The notes beneath the pieces were generated by a model. The model worked only from the letters and a program-made list of their open reading frames with translations. It was not told the DNA's origin and searched no databases. Both the position numbers and the translations under genes were made by a program. Shown piece after piece: positions 42,115 to 52,565 of a stretch of 64,000 nucleotides of DNA (within the stretch, counting starts at the first letter, position 1; each line of letters begins with the position of its first letter). This DNA comes from Octopus bimaculoides (taxonomy: Eukaryota): positions 55,375,945 through 55,439,944 of the forward strand of contig NC_068995.1 in the NCBI RefSeq assembly GCF_001194135.2, written 5' to 3'.

Positions 42115-42515
42115 GGCACAGGCGTGGCTATGTGGTAAGACACTGCTTCCCAACCACATCGCTCCGGGTTCAATCCCACTGCGTGGCACTGTGGGCAAAT
42201 GTCTTCAACTATAGCTTCGAGCCGACCAAAGCCTTGTCAGTAGATTTGGTAGATGAAGACTGAAACAAGCCTGTCGTATATACATGTGTGTGTGCGTGTC
42301 TCTATAGATGTGTTTGTCCCCTACTACCACTTAACAACCGGTGTTATTGTGCTTACGTCCACGTAACTTAGCGGTTCAGTTATAGAGATCGATAGAATAA
42401 GTGCCAAACTTAAAAACATAAGTACTGAGGTCGATTTATTCGACTAAAAGCTCTTGAAGGCGGTGCCCCAACATGGCCGTGGTCTAATGACTGAATCAAG
42501 TAAAAGATAGAAGAT
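42115..42515 (+). mobile_element. tRNA-derived SINE, family B, full length (best copy in the window)
   Basis: A-box-like tggctatgtggtaa and B-box gggttcaatccc, then gtggcactgtgggcaaatgtctt, an internal (TG)-rich tract, and the 3' end ggcggtgccccaacatggccgtggtctaatgactgaatcaagtaaaagatagaagat. Resembles Octopus tRNA-derived SINEs; the named family was not verified. Confidence 0.92.
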
Positions 42516-42829
42516 GCCTCCGAAAATAGTAGTCTTCGGAGAGAAATGTTAATACGATCGGAACGTGTCCGTTTCCCCCAACCCCCAATTGGTTTTTAAG
42601 CACATGATTCACGGACATGTTGTATTGGCCATTCTATCAAAAATCTCCATCATCTTATCCAAATGATGATATCTCCCTTGTTTCTGTTTGTTTTAATTCT
42701 AAAGGCTCCTAGAGGAAGAAGTTGCCTACTAATTACACAGATAGCCTTAAATCACCGAAGAATTTCAACACATTTAAAACCATACCGCGTATATGTGTGC
42801 ATGTGTGTGTGTGTGTATCGTCGTCGGCG

Positions 42830-43190
42830 GCGGCGGAGTTTTATTGGGTGTCCGAGTGTCCGACAATTTATTTGGTTTCTCCTTGACCATTTCTTCCTCT
42901 CTGGCAGTGTTTATACCTCTGTTTACTAATGAGGCCGACTCTTCAATGAAAGCGTCTGTTGCAAAGTTCACAAGGGATCCGTGGTGGAGGCTCGTAACCA
43001 CATGTGGGTCGTTCGCGATATTTTTCCTCCGTCTTCCTTTTCTCTTGGACTTTCCTCCGTCTCCTGTTTCTGATGACGAACTTTGCTCGTAACGTAAAAA
43101 CTACATTTCTTTCCTTCCCTGAGCGTCTGCTAATATTTTTCATGTACCACATCCTCGCGTTGTTGTTTTTTTCTTGTTGTGTTTGTTCTT
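42830..43190 (+). mobile_element. Penelope-like pseudo-LTR remnant with a degenerate minimal hammerhead motif
   Basis: GC-richer, pyrimidine-rich block. CTGATGA-C-GAAC-ttt-GCTC-GTAAC-GTA at 43070-43096, then ttccttccctgagcgtctgctaata, similar to the tail at 6465-6500. Confidence 0.6.
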
Positions 43191-44129
43191 NNNNNNNNNN
43201 NNNNNNNNNNNNNNNNNNNNNNNNNNNNNNNNNNNNNNNNNNNNNNNNNNNNNNNNNNNNNNNNNNNNNNNNNNNNNNNNNNNNNNNNNNNNNNNNNNNN
43301 NNNNNNNNNNNNNNNATATATATGTATGTATGTATGCATGTATGTATGCATATGTATATACATATTATATACATAGATATATATATATATATATGCATGT
43401 ATGTATGTATGTATGTATTCTGACATGTGTTGTGTCATCGTATAAGGCATCTCGTACTACCTTGTACCAGTATTGTCAAACAAACGCCTAGGAATTGAAC
43501 GTATTTCATGGACTCATTGAAAGCAATATTCATTTCGGTAAGATGTGAACTCAGTTTGAAATAAATCAGGATACATACCGCGTTCCTTTGTATCCGATTT
43601 TCTCGTGTCTCCACCGAATCGACGCCTTCAACCTTAGGCCGGTGCTGTTAATTTAGATATAACCTACAAGATATGAATTTTAGTCACTTGATAAATATGA
43701 AGTCATTTGTTTTTTTTTATAATTGGTCTCTAATCGCTCCGAATTTACCATAGTATTGCATTATGTTATTTCCAGTATTAATCCTCCACTTGATGGTGGG
43801 AATGGGTGATAGTGACTCTTTAGTCTGTAGATGTATTGTTCACTAATGCTTTCATATCTAGACTTTCTGCATTGCGGTTGTCTCTTGTATTTGATGACCG
43901 TTTTGTTAGCCAAGCAAATGCAATACATTTCTTATCTGTGAAGTAATTAAATGGCTAATATAACATTTGTAGCCATGAAGTGTATAAATATTACGTATAC
44001 TTTCGAATCACATTGGTCATTAGTAGTTTGTTGCCCTTAGTTTTTATTGAATGTAAGTTTAAAGTTTAGTATTGGTTTAGTTTAAAGTTTAGTATATTCT
44101 ATATATATAATTAGTTTTAGTTTATTGTC

Positions 44130-44560
44130 TTGTACAATATATCATTTAACGGCAAGTTATATGTCCGGCATAAAAATAACGAGGAAAACGAAACAAGTTG
44201 TAAAAGTAAAATGGCACATTACACTAACAAGAAAAGCAAGCAGACACTGGAAAATAAAGGTGAAAGCCTTAAAAGGACAACAGAATTTACAAAAGGTCAT
44301 ATGAAAACATAGCCATCTTAAAGGAGTAGCTGTTCTCCTATGACGAACGCAACAGATAATTGCATACTCACATTTGGTTCTGATAAAAGACATCGTTTGG
44401 AATTCACCATGTAAAGAACTTTTAATTATCGGTTGGAAAGTATCAACATGGTCAGCTAAAAATGTGCTTTCGGACATTATAAAAAAGGACATTGGCTCCT
44501 GTTAGATTTATTGGTGAGGGTAACTCTGCTTGATGAGACACAATTTGTCGAAACACCGAT
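44130..44560 (+). mobile_element. Possible decayed Penelope-like 3' end ending in a hammerhead-like motif
   Basis: A-rich, coding-like but stop-ridden stretch ending in TTGATGA-GACA-caatt-TGTC-GAAAC (44530-44554). Similarity to a GIY-YIG C-terminus is only suggestive. Confidence 0.3.
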
Positions 44561-45149
44561 TTCTCAGAATTCTTCATATAATTGAATCGAGATTTATGAA
44601 CATGATAGACTTCGTAAAGGAGAAATTGTCATCAGCGATTAGCATATTTCGGTTCCAATTATAAATTATAAATATGCGTGCCGTCATTTCGAAAATCGCT
44701 GTTCGCCGTCCAAATGACTGTTCTATTTTTTTTGCACGAAAGAAGTATATGTATGTCTGCATATATACATATATGTGTGGGGAGGGTGTTTGTCTCTGTG
44801 TGTGAGTGTGTGAGTGCATTCGTGTGTGTGTGTATGTATATATATATTATATATATGCACAAATATNNNNNNNNNNNNNNNNNNNNNNNNNNNNNNNNNN
44901 NNNNNNNNNNNNNNNNNNNNNNNNNNNNNNNNNNNNNNNNNNNNNNNNNNNNNNNNNNNNNNNNNNNNNNNNNNNNNNNNNNNNNNNNNNTATATACATA
45001 TATATGTATATGCATACATGCGTATATGAATATTTGTGTATGTGTGTGTATAATTATATATAATTGAAAAAATTGGAGTCAACAAGAAGGAGTATGTTAG
45101 ATAGATAGATAGATATATTGTATGTATGTATATTTATATTCATATGACG

Positions 45150-45302
45150 GGTTTGCAAATTATTTCTGTCCGCCAAATTCAGAACTCCTCGCTCCGGGCC
45201 TAAATTAGAAAAATACTTGCGCAAAAGTACCATTAAAGCGGAAACGTTGTTTACCCTCAAACTGCATTTCAGCAAAACCAGCTTCTTAACCACGTAGTCA
45301 TG
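45150..45302 (-). mobile_element. Family-B SINE 5' half, reverse orientation, decayed
   Basis: gacgggtttgc...tttctgtccgccaaattc...ccgggcctaaattagaaaaatacttgcgcaaaagtacc...agcttcttaaccacgtagtca is the reverse complement of the family-B head. Confidence 0.65.
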
Positions 45303-45757
45303 ACTGAGATTTCTGAAATTTCAGTGTTACTGCCTTCTTACATGAATTAAATAAATTTTCTTTAAGTTTATATCCACATCTACACATAATTCCTTTCATC
45401 TCTCTCTTTTTCCTCTCTCCTTTTCCCGTCAGCGATTCCTCCCTTTATCGATTCCCTCTCTCATCTTTCTTTTCTCTTTTATTTCTCTCGCTTTTGTCAT
45501 GAGCAGCTACATAAGCTCATATGCCATTTTCAACGTACTTTAGAATTATCTATTCATTTAAAGTCAATACTTATGTAGATTTTGCAAGTTATGTGTCGTA
45601 ATATATTTCTTCTTTACATGCGACTACTAATAGATGTCCATTCCTTATTTTCAAGTGTTGAACATTTTCTGTCAAGGTTTTATACTTCGAAAGTGTTTAA
45701 TTAAAGAATCAGGTGTATAGCACAATGTTACTACATTTTACATGAAATACATATGTA

Positions 45758-45945
45758 CGCAGGAATGGTAAGAAGCTTGCTTCGCAGCTGCATGGTTCTG
45801 GGTTCAGTCCCACTGCTGAGCACCTTGGGCAGGTGTCTTCTAATATAGCCTCGGGCCGANNNNNNNNNNATAGCCTCGGGCCGACCAAAACCTTGTGAGT
45901 GGATTTGGTAAGCGGAAACTGAAAGAAGCCCGTCGTGTATATATA
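45758..45945 (+). mobile_element. Family-B SINE 5' half, interrupted by a 10-N assembly gap
   Basis: tggtaagaagcttgcttc...gggttcagtcccactgctgagcaccttgggcaggtgtcttc...atagcctcgggccga (duplicated across the gap)...ggaaactgaaagaagcccgtcg. Confidence 0.88.
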
Positions 45946-47984
45946 TGCATTCGCCATGATATATATATATATATATATACATACACATACATATAACAGA
46001 TTTTGTGAAACAAAGCATGAGACATTCAAATATGAATTACAAGCTTTATTTGCAGGCACCTCTTGTAGTTCGTTTTTATTTACTATTTGTTGCAAATTTC
46101 CTGGTGTGTCTGCACGTGAGTGTGTGTGTGTGTGTGTGTATGTGTGTGTGTGTATGTGTATGTGAGAGAGAGAGAGATAGAGGGGGGTGAGCGATTGAGT
46201 GTGCACGCATGTGGAATTTAAGACGTTTCTGGCCATAATCCTGCCATAGTTATTCTCGTTTTACTCAGGGTAATTTGAACGATTGAATGTCACTTAGTAA
46301 TTCTGCTTACATTTCGAATGACTGTAGAAGGTTTATTTTTAAATTCCATTAGCTTAACTTAGCTTATAACGTCTAGACAACAGCATTTACTGAAGAAACA
46401 TGATGTGTCGATAAAAAAATATTTTCTTTCTTTCGATAGACAATATTCAGAAAATTCTTTTGACATGTCGTGGTCGATTGTCGAATTATTGAAAATGAAC
46501 TCAGAAAATTTCAACTGTGTTTCGATATGACATGGGCGTAATATATGAGGATTGTATTTTGCCCGATGTTGTCGGTGTTGTTGGTAGCGATGATGATATT
46601 ATTAGTCTTCATAAATCAACCCTTTGTGCAGGTCAAACGTATCTCTTTGGGTCTATCTAATATTTCTCTATATGGTACTAAGAAGTAAATTATATTGTGA
46701 TACTACCATTGACCTTTTAGTACTATGATATAATTTATCGTTTGCTTATTCAGAATGAGAAAAACAGCTATGTTCAGAAGTATCAAATCTGGTAAGAAGA
46801 AAGATATTTTCAGAACGGTGTGCAGAAAAATTCTTCCAAAAGAAATAAAATAAATTTTAAATCTACACTTACGGTTAAAAGAATTGTTGATATTAAAGAA
46901 AATATTTTAATATTATTAATATTCCAATCGAAAATTATACTTTTAGAATTTGCCGGTTTCCAGTAATGTGTTATGCCATATTTAGTAAATTGGGACACAA
47001 AGATGTGTTCACATATTTTTAGATATGGCGGGAAAGATGAAACCAGTCTCTTTAAGATTGTAGTAATGTGGCAGATGAAGCTGACCTTTTTTGTACTTTC
47101 TGTCAGAGTTAATAAAATTCAGATCCTTTGGCATATGATTAGTGTTCTACATTTAATTACCCATTTGATGTTTATGTCTATTCCTGTAATTTCCAAATGT
47201 AATTGGATAATGTTCCGGAGATATTCCATATGACAGTGGCTGAAGGAAATATTCTTGTTTTGTAATACACTTTCTGTAAAACCTATATAGAACATTTGTA
47301 AGTTTTCAGTGCAGTATAATATGTAGTTTTTTGTGGTGTGTGCATTATATGTCACCATATAAGTGTAATTTAGGTTAAATAAGTACGAATATTTAAAAGT
47401 TTTGCCAAGAACAAACGTCACGAACAAATGGAATATGAATAGTGCATCTAAGTATACGGTAAACACAACAACATGTCAAGTCGTGCACTAAACTAGACTA
47501 GAGGTCAAGGGAATTTCAATTTACCCTTCGTAAATCATTCGCATTAGACGTATTAAAGGAGGAACCAGCCCATTAATTGTTGGAAATGGGTGGTGTGTAT
47601 GTATATATATATATATNNNNNNNNNNNNNNNNNNNNNNNNNNNNNNNNNNNNNNNNNNNNNNNNNNNNNNNNNNNNNNNNNNNNNNNNNNNNNNNNNNNN
47701 NNNNNNNNNNNNNNNNNNNNNNNNNNNNNNNNNNNNNNNNNNNNNNNNNNNNNNNNNNNNNNNNNNNNNNNNNNNNNNNNNNNNNNNNNNNNNNNNNNNN
47801 NNNNNNNNNNNNNNNNNNNNNNNNNNNNNNNNNNCATATATTAATATACATATATATATATATATATATTAACATATATTAATATACATATATATATATA
47901 TATATATATTAATAATAAATTATATATAAGCAATAATAAATCTCTGAGCGAAGTATAAACAGTAGCTGCGCGACATCTTGAAAT

Positions 47985-48272
47985 ATATTTGCCACCTAAA
48001 TCTAGCTGACCCGTAAGTACTGATGCTATTGTAGCTTGTAGCTCCAGGAAGACATCTCCTCAAGCTGGTTATTGACACACTTTCTGTGCCCTACCAGTAT
48101 TTGCAAAAGGAAGTCATCCTTCTCATCTCCATCCTGACGTGATTCACACGGACACGTCATCTGCGTGTGACAACCAACGGCTGGTGATGTGAAGTGGTTC
48201 CCAGTGCTGATGACGGGTCAAAATCCAGAAACTCAGGTCCGTGTGTATCACATCAGACTGGAGATGGAAAGG
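47985..48272 (+). mobile_element. ~280-bp GC-richer repeat-like element carrying a type I hammerhead ribozyme (retrozyme/PLE-associated)
   Basis: The block is distinctly richer in GC than its AT-rich flanks and ends at (TA)n. It contains the hammerhead core at 48207-48239. Only one copy is in the window, so repeat status is inferred. Confidence 0.6.
48185..48261 (+). ncRNA. Type I hammerhead ribozyme motif with intact catalytic core
   Basis: CTGATGA (48207-13); stem II cggg/tcca with loop tcaaaa; GAAA (48228-31); C-tcag-G stem III; GTC cleavage triplet (48237-39). Proximal stem I gtg/cgt (1 WC + 2 GU pairs); distal tgatgtga (48185-92) pairs with tcacatca (48248-55). Confidence 0.7.
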
Positions 48273-48284
48273 ATATATATATAT

Positions 48285-48327
<43 letters not shown>

Positions 48328-51300
48328 TGCATACACACAAACAAACACACACACACACACATATATATATATGTATAGGCACATTTACATATTGAGGTAG
48401 GGGTGTATCTGAGTAGGTACGGATATGTATGTGTGCGTGTGTGTGTGTATGTGTGTGTTCGTGTGTGTGTGTGTGTATACTTCATCTACAATACATGAAA
48501 CGATACTTTGAGAATTGGAAGGGGGTGTGGGGAGAGGGAGAGGAAGAATGCGAGTGAGTACTAGCGTTACTTATAAACTTGTGCTTGTTTGAGCTAGATT
48601 CATTTTATTCAACTAATTTTCGATTATTGAAATTTATATATTATTCAGTTTTTATATGCATAGATTTGTTTGTATTTGCGTAGTTGTATGCGAATACATG
48701 CATATTTGTATACTGTTATACATATGTATATATATATATATATATACTGTTAAAAGCATATCAAAAACAGTAAAAATTATTGTAACAATGCCGGAACAGC
48801 CATAAAACGGATTTTGACGCAATTAACTAAATGTATTTGTCTTTTCTATCAACCTGAGTTAGACAAAGACTTCCTCTAGCGATACAGTGTTATTGATCAT
48901 GAATGTTTTAAGTAAACCGCTACACAAACATTATATATTTTGCTATATGCAGTCGTTTTCTCATTAAATTTTTCAATTGAAATATGCGCCAATGAATGAG
49001 AAACAGCATATTTTAAAGCAACCATTTTTTATTACTGAATGGCAATATACATTTTAACATATATTTGAAATTAAATATACACTATCAGTTTACCAGTATG
49101 CATGAGTGTCACATATTATTCCATATAATTTTTATCAAGACGCATAAAACTTATGTACATTTTCAAATTTTCTTTTATTACGGGGGGAGATGCGTAACTT
49201 TTGTTGTGATAACTTAATGTTTCCAACCGTATTTTAGTGTTATTGACAAATATTTCATTGTATATCATACTGCTAATGGCCTTTTAATAGCCAAACAATA
49301 GTTCCACATTCGCTTCAAATTTTAGAATTTCCTTCGTCTACGTTCTCAGTGTACATCATCATAACATTTCCCATCAGTGCCCTTTATTCCTTAGGTCTTT
49401 GAATGTATCCCACGTATTTTATCACTTAATGTAGCTATTAGTAAAATCGGTGAAATCATTTTATGCATCCCATTAACAAATGAAAACTACCGTAGGGTAT
49501 CCTTGTCATCAGCAATTACGAGAGTAAACGAACATCATCTTTTCCCTTCCATTTTCTTTCTTTTTTTTTTTTCTATTTGTTCAGTTTGTACTTTCGATTT
49601 TCTGAGGTGTGAAAAAGTGCTGTTATGTGCACTACAGCCCCCAAAGCATGTTCCCATCTGAGTATTCTAATATCACTTGTGTTCCTAATTCTCCAATATA
49701 ATGGAACCAATTATACATTGTTATCCGCTGTGAGTTGCATACCCTCTATCTTCAATGTTTAAGAATAGTTATTCTTCTAATATTTAGTGAATATCTGAAT
49801 GAAACACGTTATTAACAATCCTTTGAAATACTCGAGCAAAAATGCATTAGTGAAACTCTCACGAAATATTGCATCACTTTTATTACACGTAAGTACATAA
49901 TAGTTTGCAACCATTAAGATAGATCAGTGCTAAAGCTACATAAATCATGCGTAGAACCTTAAATATTTATCGACATAGGAATAATAGTAATCCCAGTCCG
50001 ATATACAACGGATTTGTATTGCACAACCTTATGGAACTAAATAATCTTGACACTCTATCCTCCTGCTGCAACCTTAGCTGGGTTAACTTGTTATCGACAT
50101 TAACACTAATTCGCAGATGAAGAGAAAGATGTTTAAATGAAAGGCGAATGTCTTTGAATTCTGTACCAGTTAATAAGTACGTATTTTCCTCAAATGTGAT
50201 AGAATCGCTTCTTATCAGATATTTTCACCAACGGATCGCTAATTCCGCCACCTATAAGAATGTTTTTCAAAAAATTATGCATATTGTTGGAACCTAACTT
50301 TTGGCACCATAAAATCAATGGATTTGTCGTATTTTCAAAATATGTAAGCACAAAACACTTGGCTTGCAAATTGCTGTAATTGTCTAGTCCCCTCCCCAAA
50401 AGGATACATCATCATCATCTACATCATCATCATTATATGAATATCAGAGTAACAAACGTGGTATAGCTAGCATTTCGTAATCTCAATTCAAATGACAGTA
50501 GCAATTTTGTCTGCCTGTTTAAAATTATATTCATAAAAAAATACAGTGTTTTTGTATAAATTCATCTAAGAATATGTAAATTTCTTGGCATTTATGAGAC
50601 TTTGAGAGACCGTCATTTGAATTGATGAGTTTCTGAAAACTGAAGGCTTTAATTTGTTTGTAAGATTTTCCCCAGCAAATAAGATATATTCTTTCCTGAG
50701 AATTATTCATTTCAGCGCAGTTAGACCACTCTCCAGAATTTGCTTCCTCTGTAAACACGCATAAACATGAATAAAAATACAGTATACTGAGGAAATACTT
50801 CATTTTCGTTTCCCTCGGTGATGCCACGTATATTCTGAATCTCGTGGTCGATGTTTCTCACTGTCTTTTATTTTGTATTTTTTACAAAGAACATCTTTAA
50901 AAATAAATCAATTTGAAAGCGTTGATATATTGCGCAATGGTCATACCTTTACACTTTGAAAACATATCACTAATGTTATAATGTCATAACAAATGATCTC
51001 TTCACCAAGGAATAAACTAAAATACGTTAACTACAAAATCTTTACTTCGTAGAATCTTCTGCTTACATCTTTACAAGGTAAACTCTTCACGGGATGTCTT
51101 TCTGCACTTTTGTAAATAAAACATTCTCGCTCTTAAGAAATATATATTGTTATTCTGCACTTCGATGCTGAAATATATCCTCATTATAGCAAGTTTTTCA
51201 GTGTTTCCCTTTTCTTTTCTAGCTTTCATTGGAGAAATCATGTTGATTTATTCTCTTGATTTATTAAATATTTTATTGTGCATTTTATTGTCTTTTTTAC

Positions 51301-51762
51301 ACATCGTTCTTTTATTGTTATTTTCTTATGTTTCCGTCCTATGGTTATTGATGCGTTTTTCATTCATGGCCTCTTTTTTTATTTATTTATAAATATATAA
51401 CCATGCTTAAGCTCTATATCTATTTATAGCTAATGTACATTTTCTTCGATCCATATATTTCTTCCCTTTACTGCTGATATTCGTAGAAAACATGCTCCTG
51501 TAGGAAACTAACATCTCTAAAAATTTACACCACGTGAATTGTAAATTCACTATTTAGTATTTCATACCTCACCCGCTTTCACAAATATATTCGACCACTT
51601 TACTTATTCTGATTATCAAATCAGAATTCATACTCATTAAAGTGTCATGGAACCGTCTTCGCTTCAAAATGGAACTTATTTCATTATTAACGATGAGAGT
51701 ATTTAACTGGTTTCACGATGTTTTCGCAAGGATCTTCATATATTTTAGGCGTCCCAACTTTC

Positions 51763-51981
51763 TGAACTTTCCAGGAAGCAGCTCATCCTCGGAAATTTCC
51801 AGGAAGTACCATCCCCAGAACATTCCAGACAGACCTCGGAATTTTCCAGGAAGATGCTCATCCTCGGGACTTTCCAGAAGATTGCTCTTCCTCGAAACTT
51901 TCCAAGATGTCCTTGGAACTTTCCAGGAAGTAGTTTTCGGAAATTTCCAGGAAGTTTCTCAACCTTGGAACTTTCCATGAA
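51763..51981 (+). promoter_or_regulatory. Degenerate array of 9 GGAAnTTTCCAGGAAG-type cores (NF-kB/Rel + STAT + HSE-like composite motifs)
   Basis: Cores start at 51763, 51791, 51817, 51838, 51866, 51894, 51915, 51939 and 51967 (spacing 28/26/21/28/28/21/24/28). The array itself is certain; its regulatory role is inferred. Confidence 0.45.
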
Positions 51982-52057
51982 TGGACTCTTTCCAAAGTGG
52001 ACTCCTATTTGCTGGCATCTATTTCTAGCGTATAGGAGTCCACATTGGTGGTCTTTC
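51979..52057 (+). ncRNA. Pre-miRNA-like hairpin (candidate)
   Basis: 51992-52015 pairs with 52025-52048: 24 positions, 2 mismatches, 2 GU pairs, 9-nt loop. An imperfect lower stem forms between 51979-87 and 52050-57. Confidence 0.35.
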
Positions 52058-52092
52058 CTTTTAAGTTTTGTATATATGTATATATATATCTA

Positions 52093-52143
<51 letters not shown>

Positions 52144-52444
52144 TTGTTTTCTCACTTGGTCATTCTCCCTCCCGCACGTTGTTTCTATGCATGCGTACGA
52201 AGGTGCTTCCGACGAGTGTGCGTAAAAACAGGGCAAATATAAGACTTGTATTGTTTGTTATCATATGATAACCGCAAATCTTTCGTCAATTATGATCGGC
52301 AGATGAAAATAGATTATTATTATCAGTAAAACTCAACAATTCATGTACAATAATACCACCGAATAGAAGCAGACATACCGTCTCCCAACAGTTAATTAAT
52401 TCTTTTATTGTTCATTCATTGTTTTGCTGAACCATAAATTTCAA

Positions 52445-52502
52445 TAATAATGATGAAGATGATGATGACGACGACAAGTACGACGATTACGACGACCACC
52501 AC

Positions 52503-52564
<62 letters not shown>
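52445..52564. repeat. (GAT)n/(GAC)n microsatellite
   Basis: Seen directly. Confidence 0.95.

Positions 52565-52565
<1 letters not shown>

Noticed and set aside
45845-45885. Tandem duplication atagcctcgggccga on both sides of NNNNNNNNNN (similar at ~17690-17760)
   Set aside because: Assembly artefact from overlapping contig ends joined by a 10-N spacer.
51763-51981. CRISPR-like repeat/spacer appearance
   Set aside because: The context is eukaryotic, the cores are only ~16 bp, the spacers are 5-12 bp and mutually similar, and there are no cas genes.
51642-52225. ORFs spanning the GGAAnTTTCC array (e.g. RNFPGSSSS)
   Set aside because: Unit lengths are mostly not multiples of three, so the peptide repeat shifts frame; the array is non-coding.
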